This document shows positions 1 to 12,966 of a stretch of 64,000 bases of DNA, in pieces. The stretch covers positions 24,368,001-24,432,000 of the forward strand of contig NC_058369.1 in NCBI RefSeq assembly GCF_018350175.1, given 5' to 3'. The position numbers and the translations under genes are program-made. The notes below the pieces were generated by a model. It was not told where the DNA came from, made no database searches, and was given only the letters and a program-made list of their open reading frames with translations. How positions within the stretch are numbered: position 1 is the stretch's first letter; the number at the start of each line of letters is the position of its first letter. Source of the DNA: Felis catus (lineage: Eukaryota).

Positions 1-492
1 TAGTATGTACCTGTACTTCATTCTTTTTTATTGTTGAGTAATACTACACTGAATGAATATGCCACATTTTGTCTATCCATTCACCAGTTGAGGGACACTC
101 ACATTGTTTCCATGTTCTGGCTACTATGGATAATGCTTCTAAGAACATTCATATGCAAGTCTGTGTGGACATATGTTTTTATTTCTCTTGTGTACATATA
201 TATAGGTGTGGAACTTCTAGGCCATATGATAACTGTATGTTTAGCATTCTGAGGAACTTCTAAACTGTTTTCCAAAATGACTGCACCATTTCACATCCCC
301 ACTACCAATATATGAAGGTTCTAATTTCTTCATACTCTCACCAAAACTTGTTAGTCTATCTTTTTACTTATAGCCATTCCAGTGGGTATGAAGTAATATG
401 TCATCGTGGTTTTGATTTCTCTAATGACTAATGATATTAAGCATCTTTTCATATACTTATTAGCCATTCATATATCTACTTTGGACAAATGT
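1..492 (-). mobile_element. Older L1 (L1M-type) 3' region fragment
   Basis: Typical antisense L1 3' text (ccattcaccagttgagggacac..., ttctgaggaacttctaaactgttttccaaaatgactgcaccattt). More diverged L1-like sequence probably continues at ~730-1140 and ~2110-2970. Confidence 0.8.
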
Positions 493-506
493 TCTAACTG
501 CTTTTT

Positions 507-717
507 AATTTTTTTAATGTTTAATTTTGAGAGAGAGAGACAGACAATGTAAGTGGGGAAGGGGAGAGAGAGAAACAAGGAGACACAGAATCCAAAGCAG
601 GCTCCAGGCTCCAAGCTGTCAGCACAGAGCTCAACGTGGGGCTCAAGCTCATGAACTGCAAGATTATGACCTGAGCCGATGTCGGACCCTCAACCGATTG
701 AGCCACCCAGGCATCCC
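507..717 (-). mobile_element. CAN-SINE (SINEC)
   Basis: tRNA-derived head, (ct)n and A-tail in reverse; TSD tctaac(t/g)gcttttt at 493-506 and 718-731. Confidence 0.93.
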
Positions 718-1144
718 TCTAACGGCTTTTTAAAACATTTTCTTTGCTTCTGAGATTTTATGTAAATGGGCAGATTTCTTTTCCTCTTTGGGGTACTCAA
801 AGAGTCCTGAATTTATGGACTTGTATCTATCATTAGTTTTGGAAAATTCTCAGCTTTCCACTCTTCAAATATGGCTTCTGTGTAGTGATTTTGTCCCTAC
901 TCCATCTCTCTTTTCCTCTAGAACTCTGATTAGACAGATGCCAAACCTGTTTATTCTGTCTTCTATGTATCTTAATTTATCTTCAATGTATTTCACCTTT
1001 TTATCTTTTATTTACTTTATACTACTCTGTTTTCTAGCTCATTAAATGTCTTTTCTGCTATGATCATTCCGCAGTTGAACCGATTTATTAAACTTTCAAA
1101 TTTCCATTTTTATATTTTCCTATTTCTAGACATTCTTTGGTTCT

Positions 1145-1557
1145 CTTTTTTTTTTTTTAATTTACATCCAAGTTAATTAGCATACAGTGCAACAATGATT
1201 TCAGTAGATTCCAGTGATTCATCCCCTATGTATAACACCCAACGTTCCTCCCAACAAATGTCTTCCTTAATGCCCCTTACCCATTTAGCCCACCCCTCCA
1301 CCCACAACCCCTCCAACAATCCTCAGTTTGTTCTCCGTATTTAAGAGTCTCTTAGGTTTTGTCCCCCTCCTTGTTTTTATATTATTTTTACTTCCCTTCC
1401 CTTATGTTCATCTTTTTGTATCTTAAAGTCCTCATATGAGTGAAGTCATATGATATTTGTCTTTCTCCAATTTCACTCTAGTTCCACCTACGTAGTTGCA
1501 AATGGCAAGATTTAACTATTTCTGATGGCCAAGTAATACTCCATTGTGTGTGTGTGT

Positions 1558-1596
<39 letters not shown>

Positions 1597-2109
1597 ATAT
1601 CTCTTTATCCACTCATCTGTCGATGGACATTTGGGCTCTTTCCACAGTTTGGCTATTGTCAATAGTGCTCCTATAAACACTGGGGTGCATGTGCCCCTTC
1701 AAATGAGCACACCTGTACCCCTTGTATAAATACCTAGTAGTGCAATTGCTGGGTCATAGGGTACTTCTATTTTTAATTTTTTGAGGAACCTCCATACTGT
1801 TTTCCAGAGTGGCTGCACCAGTTTGCATTCCCACCAGCAGTGCAAAAGAGACCTCCTTTCTTCACATCCTTGCCAACATCTGTTGTTGCCTGAGTTGTTA
1901 ATTTTAGCCATTCTGACTGGAGTGAGGTGGTATCTCATTGTGGTTTTAATTTGTATTTCCCTGATGATGACTGATGTTGAGCATTTCTTCATGTGTCTGT
2001 TAGCCATCTGGATGTCTTCTTTGGAAAAGTGTCTATTCATGTCTTTTGCCCATTTCTTCACTGAATTATTTGGTTTTTGGGGTGTTGAGTTTGTTAAGTC
2101 CTTTATAAA
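1145..2109 (-). mobile_element. 5'-truncated carnivore L1 3' end (ORF2 C-terminus plus 3' UTR)
   Basis: ORF 1699-2061 [44 protein letters not shown]; poly-T at 1146-1158. Confidence 0.92.
1545..1595. repeat. (TG)n-TA-(CA)n compound microsatellite inside L1
   Basis: Read directly. Confidence 0.92.
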
Positions 2110-3530
2110 TTTGTGCTTGATATCTTTATAGTTTCTTTCCCCTTATTCATATTTTTAATCACCTGTGTTATTTGTTTAAACATATTAAACATGCTTATTT
2201 CATAGTGTTTATCTTAAAACTCCCACTTCTGAAGTCCTTGCCTTCTGATTCTACTGTTTGTTCTTTCTACCAGCTATCAATTATGGTAGCTTTTTTTGTT
2301 TGTTTTCAAACTTTGTGATTTTTAAAAGATTTTTACTGTGTGCTCGTTTCTTGGACTCTTATCTGGAGAAAAACTTTGAGGTCTAAGTTGAACATGTGGG
2401 CCTTCAGAGCATTTGTCTCTGCCGATACCTGGGGCACTATCAACCAAGGACCCCTTTAAACTCCGTTCTCTACTCGAAGTTTTTGGATCACCTCACATTG
2501 TATGTTGGTGCAAGGGCTATCTGTGGTTATGGATTCTTAAAACTAGTTTTTTTTACCTTTCACTTTGTTCAAAGTTTTAAAATAGATTATTTTCCCTGGA
2601 TTCTCCTAGTCTAGGTGGAAGAAACATACGGTGGGGAGGTTTTTAGTTTACCCTTGTACTAAGAGTGTGGCTGTCTGGGATCCCAGTTTAATGTGGTAGC
2701 GGAATTCCTACTTGGCTCTTCCTCTTGAACAGACCCAGGCTTCTGTCTTTTTCCTTCAGTGCCCCATGACTGTGGAAATTAATGCTCAAGTTCACATATC
2801 TAGCAAATGCCAACAAGAAGATAGAACCAGTGCTCTATTATCACTCCAGCCCTCTGCTCTGGCTTAGTTTTGACCCTTGAGATTCTTCCTAACTTTACAG
2901 TTCATAAGTACATTTTTAAATTTATCTTTTGAAAATACATTTCATCCAGCACTTTTTGTTCTTTTCAGCAATTAAAACTTGCATAAACAAGAACCAAGCT
3001 ACTGACAATAACTGTTAAGAATGAATGAAGTGGGGGTATACAAAGAAATAAGACCCCTACCTTTGTAATTGTTCAGGCTGTGCAATTCACTAGAAAGGTT
3101 GAGATGGAGTTTCATTTGCAGGATGAAATCAGACTAGATCAGCAGACAAATAGGTTTCATCTTGCTTTCCAAATTTAAAGATTTAGTAGTGACTGGCAGT
3201 CATGAGAAGGATTCTGACTATGCTTAAAGATTCACTGAGAGGGACTTGTGATTGATTATCAATTTGCTCTGAGTATGTGTGAACAGATGGTGGCACTGAC
3301 CAGATATATACAGTACATGAAACACAGTTTTTTCTTTATAATTTAATGAATCCTGATTCTGTTATCATTTTTACCTGCAATAAAAGTAAGTTCCATTTCT
3401 CTCGCGCGCGCTGTCTCCCATATAATAAGAGCTGAGTATAAATAAAAAGAGGGAAAATCTAAACTAGGATTAACTAAAATTATAAAAGAAATTAAATATG
3501 TTGTGATCAGCAAGATCAGCACTTTTCTCT

Positions 3531-3735
3531 TTTTTTAATGTTTATTTATTTATTTTTAAGAGAAAGCACAAGCAGGGAAAGGGGAAGGGGGGAGAGAGAG
3601 AGACAGAATTTGAAGCAGGCTCCAGGCTCTGAGCTGTCAGCAGAGAGCCTGACACGGGGCTTGAACCCACAAACTGTGAGATCATGACCCGAGCCAAAAT
3701 TGGACGCTTAAATGACTGGGCCACCCAGGTGCCCC
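3531..3735 (-). mobile_element. CAN-SINE (SINEC)
   Basis: Reverse complement of ggggcacctgggtggcccagtc...gagcctggagcctgcttc...aataaataaac. Confidence 0.92.
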
Positions 3736-5667
3736 AATATCAGCATACTTCCCATGAGGTATGTTCTAAATCACAGGCAGTTGCAGCTGATAGCACAGTA
3801 TCTAGTTGATTCCACATATTAAACTGATTCATCTTAAAATAAAACTAAAAAACACTTTGAACTTTAAATACCTAAGCAAAGATGATGTTTATAGTATTAA
3901 AAAATGATTTGGGCTAACTTCTACAAGTATCAGAGTAGAAATCTAGTGTAGGAATGGGGTACTGAGAGAGAAATTTAAATGAAATTAACTTGATCAACAG
4001 AATGGCATTTAATAGGAAGGAAGAACATGACAGGTTCTACATACACCTACTTTATTCAATAAAAATAGATTGATAATGACAAAACTATTTCAGTCTATAA
4101 ATATTAAATAGACATTTGCTTTAAATAGCTTTCAGACTATCACTGCCATGAGGTAAATTTTAAATAAATATTTTATGCAGACAATAACAGAAGAGGGCTT
4201 TTCTAAGGGGAATATAGTTACAGGGTAGAAAATCATATTCTTCCATAAAAAATATGCCTTGTGCTTCTTTTATAGCCATAAACTCAATAAAAATGGAAAG
4301 TGATGCAATCAAACATACATGGGAACTGAGGCTGGGGAAGATCTGTCTCTGTGATGGCAAGAAGAAAAGCCAATCGGAATTACATCACATGCTTTATATG
4401 AAGTCCATGTGGACATCAGGAACACTTCATCTCGTCTGAAAGTTCTTCCACCACTTACGTCTGTGACACAACCAACACCCTGAAAACATTCCCTTGCCAA
4501 GGAAAACAGCTTCTTTTTCACTGCAGATACAGCTCTCATGTCTAGAAAGTGATATGCTTATTATCATGCCGTTTGGGTTATGAGGTTTGTAATCCTTCGG
4601 AGGTTAATAAGAAAATGTGTTACAAATTCAGAATAAAAGAAGAGATCTAAGACAGCAGAGTGGTGTCTTTGGCAAACTCTGAAAACAGAGGGAGTGACTA
4701 ATACAGAAGTACTGAGATCAGTAGATGAAAAATGTAAAAATGTGTTACACTGGAAACAAAGCCTCAAATAGAACAGGGGATACCATCATTCTTTCCCTGC
4801 CAGAAAAACAATTATTTACATGGTACATTCCATTCTTAAAGGTTTAACAGTGCTCCTGAAGGTAACTCATGCTTTCCATTGCCTCTAGATTCTGTTCTCA
4901 CAGTCTGGGTCCTCTAAGTTTTGGAGCTAAGAGTAGAAATTGGAGTTTCTAGAAAATGGAGGCCCAGGAGGCCTCCCAGAGTCTCAGTTCTCAGGGAAAA
5001 CAGGCATATGCCAAAGGCCTTGCAAGATGCAGGGATTTCCATCCTGGCCAACTATGTCTGATATTCATGCCTTTGCACAAGTTGAGATTCTAAACTCTAT
5101 TTTACATTTTTGCAATTCACCTTCTACCTTTGCAAACATGTTGTGTCATGTTTTTTTTTATGATATCATATTTATAAAAGCAATTAGGGTCTTCAGTGCT
5201 ACTTAACTTAATCACAAAGTTTTCAAGAGGCTCTACCAGTCCCAGTCACCTGTTCAGGATCAAATGGAGGTAAAATGCAGTAAAGCTTTACTTATTTTAA
5301 TAATTAATGCAAGCAGCACTCCTTTATATACCACAACATTGTCTCCATATCAGATTTTCACTGAAACATTTAAAATTATCTATTCTAACATACTTTTATA
5401 TTTAAAAATAAGTTTATATACAAGAATTATTATTAGCTGCCTTTATTACCTACTTAGAGCAAATAATTACATATTGGATTGAGACTGATTTGAGGTCATG
5501 CCCTGTTAATGAAAAGCAATCAAATGCTGAGTCAATTTTATCACCAATGGGTCATAAAAACAATTTTCAGCTAAAATGTCCCCCCTAAAAACCAAATAGA
5601 ACATAAGTATGTGTTTATCCAATTTTAGGATTTTTTTTCATAATCAGGTTGAATTTTTGTATCTTAT

Positions 5668-5893
5668 TTTTTTTTAATTTTTTAAAAGGTTTATTTATAT
5701 TTGAGAGAGAGAGAGAGAAAGAGACAGTACGCAAGCAGGGGAGGGGCAGAGAGAGACAGAGACAGAGTCTGAAGCAGGCTCCAGGCTCTCAGCTGTCAGC
5801 ACAGAGCCTGATGCCAGGCTGGAACCCGTGAACCATGAGATCATAACCTAAGCTGAGGTTGGACGCTTAACTGACAGAGCCACTCAGGTGCCC
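5668..5893 (-). mobile_element. CAN-SINE (SINEC)
   Basis: Same consensus, reverse orientation. Confidence 0.92.
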
Positions 5894-6089
5894 ATTATTT
5901 TTTTATTTAAAAGTATCAAACTTCCAAATAATCATAAGAGAACTCATTTTAGATTTCTTTTAAAGAAATACTCAGATTGAAGAGCACTTCCAAGCCCGCT
6001 GCCTTTGCAAACAGTAATCACTCCTAAGGAGCCTCTCCAAAACACCAGGTAAGAAGAAGTTCCGTGGGGTACTTTTAAAAAGCTTTCTA

Positions 6090-6299
6090 GGTGCGCCTGA
6101 GTGGCTCAGTCATTTGAGCATCCAACTTCGGCTCAGGTCATGATCTCACTGGCTCATGAGTTCGAGCCCTGCATCGGGCACTGTGCTGACATCTCAGAGC
6201 TTGGAGCCTGCTTTGGATTCTGTGTCTCCCTCTCTCTCTGCCCCTTCCCGCTTGTGCTCTCTCTGTCTCTCAAAAATAAATAAACATTACAAAAAAAAA
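6090..6299 (+). mobile_element. CAN-SINE (SINEC)
   Basis: ggtgcgcctgagtggctcagtc...aaaataaataaac; flanking repeat aaaagctttcta at ~6078 and ~6319. Confidence 0.92.
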
Positions 6300-8843
6300 T
6301 TTTTTTTAATCCAAAGTAAAAAGCTTTCTATATATTCACTGCAAACAGCAAGAAGACATAACAATATTTAGCTGCAATTTCAGATTTGGTTCCCAGAGTT
6401 CCACTCCCCTCCTTATGCAGCATTTCATAAGAATTTCTGAAATGTTCTACCAAGACTCTGAGTCTTTGTAAACCATTAAAACAACGGTTTCTAAAGTTAA
6501 CTATCCCTGCCTCAAATCCAGCATTTTTTGCTAGTTGGGATCCAAAGTCACTTTCTGATTTCCATTTCTATCACTGCCTCACTAAACCCAATGAGTTTCA
6601 AAACTACATTTCCGTTTCCGAAGTAAGTTTCAGAGCCTCTAGGTGTTTGCAATTTAAATCTAACATTTTTCCCCTTTTGGAAAATCTGCCATTTCACATA
6701 GACATGAGTTCTTCCCACTTCCTCCTCTGTGTGGAGTTGGGGTAGGATGGTATTTTTACTTATCCTTCTAAGTTTGCTCAGTCACTGATTTCAGTTTGCA
6801 TTCTTCACCAGACCTGTCATTGCTATTTTGACAATCTGGTTATTTAGACAAAAAAACAAAACAAATAAACAAACAAACAACACTAACTAAGCCTAAATAA
6901 CTTTCATTACTCCAGCCAGAAGTGAACTCTCCTCCCACCCAATCTTTGGGGTAGTTTTTCCAGTACATTTCTTACTTTCCCAACTAAGTGGTCAGTATTG
7001 GCTTTGAAGTGAGTAATATTTTGAATATGCACTACTTTTAGAGCCCCTCAGTAGCTAGCTCAGTGCCATGTGCTAAAACCAAGGTTTAGTAAGTCTTTGA
7101 GGAACACAGAGATCCAAAATCCATCACTGAAAGTTTTATCCATGCAACTCTGCATAAATGAAAGAGTTCAAGAGACTCTAACGTTGACATTAAACAATTG
7201 TTCTATCAATGTGCATACATAATCATTGCAAGAATTAACTCTTCAGATATCTGTGTGATGTTGACAAGCAACGTATTCATATAAATTCTGTAGAAAAGTT
7301 ATCCCAATAGGCCACAATGGACCATAAACTATGCTAGTCATCCAATTTTAAAGGGTATCAATCCATGCCTCTAAAATATAACAAGTTCCATGACAAATGA
7401 TTTACCCAACTGGAACCAGTTCACACATACTCTGGGATCACACAAAACACAAAACACAAAGCACTCAGGACTAAATTCTTAGCAATTTAGTAATTATAAA
7501 TACTTCCTCAATAATAATGGGCATAATTATTAATTACCTTTTTGAGCCAGACATTTTAATTACATTATTTCATTTAAACCTCTAAGTCTCCCTCTTAAGG
7601 ATTATGGTATTGCCCCATTTTATACAAGAAGAAAGTGGTTGCATGACATAACTCACTCCTCAAGGCCATTCAACTAGAAAAGGCAGGCTAGAGATCTGCC
7701 AGAGTCCACTATAGGTGTCAGCCTGCACTCTTTCCCCCTTACTCCATTTCTCTACTCAAACATCCTTCTGACCTAACCACTTTTGGAAGAACTCTAAAAA
7801 GTAATCAGACATTAAAAGTTAAAACTAACTCAAGGACTGATAGTCTCTCAGACACCTGTGGGCTAATAAGGTAAAGAGTTGCTTGCTGAAAACCATATGC
7901 ATATATGGTTATTCATCTGGACAAATTTCATGGCATTTTTAGTTGTAGAAGTGGCTTGAACTATCTTCCACTGCTGAATGACAGGATGGGACGAAAGGTT
8001 TAAGTCAAAACAGTAATTTTCCCAGACATTATGAGTTCACTCGTATCTTCATAGTTTCATTGCAAGAGTGAATGGTCATCATTTGGTCAACAGGCTACCC
8101 TACCACTATGCTTGCTGCACCCTAGCTCAACTCTCTGAGAGGGAAGGACTCCAAAAAGAAACTAGAAGGGAGGGTTGAACAGGGAAGCCCACTCTGCATT
8201 TTGTGGAACTCCTTGAAAAGAAAAGGTTACATTCAAACCCACTAGACACTCTCCTCAGATCTCCCTCAATTCCTTGATCCAAAGTTTTAATCATAATCTC
8301 AATGTCAACTTATAAGTGGGAAGTTGGCAGAAGTAAGGAAAATTTTTGTTTTTTCCCTGGAGAAACGCACATACATACACACAGAGACATATGTGGTAAA
8401 GTAGATGTTGGATATTACTATTTCCTCTCTATAATTTGCAAATTCTCTGCAATAAATATGCATGTATTTCACAATGATAAAAATCATACTATCATTTAAA
8501 CATTTTTTTTCTCTCCACTTCCACTGCTTCCTCACAGAAGTCTGCATGACTCTTAACTCTGCTGCATTTTATAAGGCAACAAACAAAAATAAAACTTAGA
8601 ACAATCAATAACAGGGGTGCTTAAGAACACATGGTAAAGAAAAGAATTTTTAAAAATTGGTGTGGTTATTATTTCCAGAAGCAAAATGGTTTAAATTCAG
8701 GGATAAATAAAAGCATCTCAAACTCTCAAAAGATCTATTTGGGGCAATTCATAAATTAATAATTATGCATAGGTAAAAGTAATAGCTGTTCGCTTCATTT
8801 GCAGCCCAAAGTTTAATTTTGAAAAATAACAAACCAAATTCCT

Positions 8844-9019
8844 TAAAACTGGGAATACCAATATAAATCAGTGGAATGGGTTACTATAATTATACTTTAT
8901 AAATATTCTATAGCAACAGATATCAACAATATAAAACTGGGAATACCAATATAAATTAATAGAATGGGTTACTATAATTATACTTTATAAATATTCTATA
9001 GCAACAGATATCAACAATA
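8844..9019. repeat. 88-bp tandem duplication (2 copies, 3 substitutions)
   Basis: taaaactgggaataccaatataaat...gatatcaacaata at 8844-8931 and 8932-9019. Confidence 0.95.
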
Positions 9020-9697
9020 TAGTAACACTATCAACAACAATGACCATCATTTACTGAATGCTTTCTAGAGATCAATCAAGGGACTAAGTGCTTTAAATGC
9101 ATAATCTCTTGGAATTGTGAAAGCAATCAATGATGCAGGTCTCTGCTTTTTTCCATTCCTATTTCATGGATGAAGAAACTGAGGCTTAAAGAAGCTGAAT
9201 AATTTAAGCGAATTTAAGCATTAGGATGCAAAATCAGTTCTGCCTTAAACACTATGCTAAAACCAAAATGTCTTTATACCATTGAAGTGAGTTAAATTGG
9301 CTTCCAAGATCAACACCTTCTGAGACAGTCACCTTCTTAGGGATGGGTCAAAATTTGGCAATGACAGAAACTTTGCAAAAATAGCAAACTTATGAAAACT
9401 CGGGAAATTTGGAAGACAGGGGACTATTCAAAATAAATGTTAATTCCCAAGACATCAAAGTTACTCATTAGAAAATCTTGAACACCTTAATTAGTAGAAA
9501 TCTGAACGAAAATGTTCCCTGATTTCCTTTTGGAATCTACACTTCTGAACTAACAATCTTCTGCCTTCTTCATTATTGTCCACATATTTCATGATACCAC
9601 ATAAAACCAGTTATGTGGGTATTTGGGGAAGTATGTATGTAAGTCATAACTTTCCAGTCACATTAAGAGTATAAAAGTTTGTAACATTGGGCCATAC

Positions 9698-9853
9698 CTT
9701 GGTTTTCATGAACTTGGAGTGACTTTTGTAAACCTCTATTTGTTTGATCTCTTCTTCACGGTCCTCAGTGTTCAGCACACCATTGGCTTTTAGCATCTGG
9801 ATCTCATCCTCCAGATCCCTTATGTTTCGCTCTAATGAAGCAATTTTTGTGTC
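9698..9853 (-). CDS. ERC2: ERC2 internal coding exon, 156 nt, phase 0-0: DTKIASLERNIRDLEDEIQMLKANGVLNTEDREEEIKQIEVYKSHSKFMKTK
   Basis: Minus strand reads (ct)-rich tract...ttttaacaacag|GACACAAAA...AAAACCAAG|gtatgg: 52 stop-free codons. It directly continues the 75-nt exon in the recalled ERC2 protein (...VIEMK/DTKIASLERN...). Confidence 0.97.
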
Positions 9854-10154
9854 CTGTTGTTAAAAGAGAGAGACAGAGTGAGAGAAAGAGAGAGAAAATT
9901 GTTGTTTCAGTATTATCAAAACAGAATTTTAGAAAGTAATTTTGGGAGTAATACATTATCTATGGTATAGACATAGCCCTGAAATCAGAACAATTTATGT
10001 TTTTCACTTCTGAGGATTGTTTGTGAGATTATTCTTTTAGCTCCCAATAAAGATCATATGTCAATACAATATGGAGAGTTGCCTACATAGGTTTGTCTAA
10101 TATCTGGGAATCAGATTACCAAAGCAACAAGGATAGAAGCAATCTTACGTATTA

Positions 10155-10156
<2 letters not shown>

Positions 10157-10206
<50 letters not shown>
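10157..10206. repeat. (AC)25 microsatellite
   Basis: Perfect run read directly. Confidence 0.97.
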
Positions 10207-10208
<2 letters not shown>

Positions 10209-11482
10209 TTTAAGTGGACTAATTTGTAATTTCAGATATAGTTTACCAGCATATAATTTCTAGTCTACTTGTAAACATAAAAATGGTTTGTTCATGCATT
10301 CATTCTATAGCTGGATTTATAAGGCATGATTGGAATTGACTCTGACAGAGAAGAAAATTAAAATCTACTAATGAGAAGGATTCTCATCTAGAATACAGAC
10401 ATCAGTGCAATTAAATAACTAAATCCTGATATACTAAATATTGAAAATTTATAGCAACCAAAATATCACAATGTCATGATTTATTTGGCAAGCAGCTCCC
10501 TGAGTGACAAAAACATTGCTACCTTGAAGGTCATCTCTAACCTACTGACTTTTGGAGTTAAAAAACTAGAAATATTACACTCAAATGTGAGATTGAGAAA
10601 AAAAAACCAACCATAGGTAATTTTTTTAAGGAAATGACAGACCCTATACACAAGATAGAGCATAGTAAGAAATGAGGCATTAGAAAGAGAAGAGAGAGCT
10701 CTTAAAGGGGAAAAACCCTTCCCCAACCTCAGGTATTAATCTCCAATCAGTTTGGGGAAGGAATCATGTTGAAAGTTTGACTGTAGGTTTCCTATCTACC
10801 TGCTCTTTTATTGTACAGATCCAAGGAGCTGCTATTACATTTGTATTTGAATGTTAATGAAAAACAAACTACGATCTAATTTTTTTTATCAATCATTTTC
10901 AAGAATCTAAAAGACTAAGGAGTTCCAAAAATAAAGACAATGAGTGGCCTATTCTATTTATAACTAACTCATATGAAAAACTTTGCAACAAATACATCTG
11001 TCCTGATTTTGTGGCTATTTTCTACCTTAATTTCCTCTATTGTATGGCCTATGGCATGTCTCATGGAGCAATATAATAATCATTACATTGTCATCATCAT
11101 TAAATAGAGGAAAATGAGGAGAAACAAATACTTATTGAGTCCCACTGTGTGCAAACATCCAAGTGCTCTAAGTGCCGAAGACATTTTTATCAATTCTCAG
11201 AAAAACCTCAAGAAGATGAAATAAAAAGATTCTGAAATTTGCAAGATTATTATGGAATGTTATATCCTATAGCATTTCGTTCTCCTTTTGAAAATAATAT
11301 TGTTATTTTTTCCAGTTATAAAAGTAATACACCTTAAATTCCTAGAAAATGAAGAAAATCCCCTCTAATCTTACCATCAAGAGATAACCATCACTAATGT
11401 TTTATGTACTGCTGCCAGGATTTTTCTATTTTTAGATGCAATTTCCAGAAATCTTGTATGCTGCCAGTTTGAGTGAAATGAG

Positions 11483-11845
11483 TGTCAAGGACTAAATGTC
11501 TACGTGCCTCCAAAATTCCTATGTTGAAGCTCTAACCCCTAATGTGCTGGAGATGTGATGGTATTTGGAGATGAGGCCTTTGGGAGGTGATCAGTGTTAC
11601 ACGAGGTCATGAGGATGAGGCCCTTGTCAGAAGAGACACTAAAGAGCTTGTTCTCTCTCTCTCTCTGCCCTGTGAGGGCACAGCAAGAAGGTGGCCATCT
11701 GTGAGCCAGGAAGAGACCCCTCACCAGAACCGAACCTTGTTGGCATCCTGATCTGGGACATCCAGCCTCCAGAACTGGGAGAAAATACATTTCTGTTTTT
11801 CAAGTCCCCCAGAAGTGGTATTTTCTCATAGCAGCCCAAGGTGAT
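11483..11845 (+). mobile_element. MaLR LTR (MLT1A-like)
   Basis: ggactaaatgtctacgtgcctccaaaattcctatgttgaagctctaacccctaatgtg...catccagcctccagaactgggagaaaatacatttctgtt...ttttctcatagcagccc. Confidence 0.82.
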
Positions 11846-11936
11846 GATGTAGGGAGGCATCTTTAGTGACTCTTTTGAGTTCTGAGCTATGAGAACTCTG
11901 CAGATAAAAAGAGAAGCAATAATAAAAAGGCTACCA

Positions 11937-12171
11937 GGGGCACCTGGATGGCTCAGTCAGTTGAGCATTCAACTTCAGCTCAGGTCATGATCTCACAGTT
12001 TGTGAATTCAAGCCCCACATCAGGCGCACTGCTGTCAGCACAGAGTCCACTTCGGATCCTCTGTCCCTGCCTCCTCTCTGCCCCTTCCCCGCTCACACTC
12101 CTTCTCTCTCACTCTCAATCTCTCTCTCTCTCTCTCTCTGTCTCTCAAAAATAAATAAACGTAAAAAAAAA
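11937..12171 (+). mobile_element. CAN-SINE (SINEC)
   Basis: ggggcacctggatggctcagtc...(ct)n aaaaataaataaac; flanking repeat aaaaaggct. Confidence 0.92.
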
Positions 12172-12180
12172 GGCTGCAGA

Positions 12181-12966
12181 TACTTTCAATAATAGCCAAA
12201 TTATGGAAAAAGCCTAAATGTCTATCAACTGATGTATGGATAAAGAAGATGTGGTTTATATATACAATGGAATATTACTTGGCAATGAGAAAGAATGAAA
12301 TCCTGCCATTTGTAGCAACGTGGATGGAAGTGGAGGGTTTTATGCTAAGTGAAATAAATCAGAGTAACACAGATATCATATGTTGTCACTCATATGTGGA
12401 ACTTGAGAGACTTAACAAAAGACCATGGTCGGGGGGGAAATAGTTACAAACAGAGAGGGAAGGTGGCAAACTATAAGAGACTCTTAAATACAGAGAACAA
12501 ACTGAGGGTTGATGGGGGTTGCAGGGGAGAGGGGAAAATGGGTGATGGGCATTGAGGAGGGCACTTATTGGGATGAGCCCAATAAGTGTATGTAAGTGAT
12601 GTATGTAAGTGATGTAAGTGATGAATCACAGGAATCTACCCAAAAAGCAAGAGCACACTGTAAACACTGTATGCTAGCCACTTAATACTAAATTATATTT
12701 TTAAATGATAATAAATAAATAATAAATAAAGGGTCTACTGGAAAAAAATAATTAAAAAAGTAAAAAAGGAAATACTTATTGAACACATTGTATAGGCAAA
12801 GTACTATTCTGGGATGTATTTATATATAAAAATATATAAAAGTACATAAAACATTATATATGCATACAAATCAGATATATGAAAATAATTTGGATTTTAT
12901 GCATATGTAAATACATATTTATATAAAAATAAATAATTTGGATAATAAAAATAAAAATTAAAAATT
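12181..12966 (+). mobile_element. Short carnivore L1 3' end (12181-~12730) plus ~235 bp putative 3' transduction
   Basis: L1 3' end (MWFIYTMEYYLAMRKNEILPFVATWME) with A-rich tail at ~12707-12730. TSD aaaaaaggctgcaga lies at 12166-12180 and 12967-12981, beyond a second A-rich tail. Confidence 0.85.

Noticed and set aside
3368..3412. Possible recursive splice site (ttttattgcag|gtaaaa) next to a (CG)4 run
   Set aside because: The regenerated donor is weak, the intron is short for recursive splicing, and the CG run is too short for a CpG island.
1..9697. Next ERC2 exon (expected to begin IDQLKQELSKKESE)
   Set aside because: Not found by eye; presumably lies just beyond the left edge of the window.
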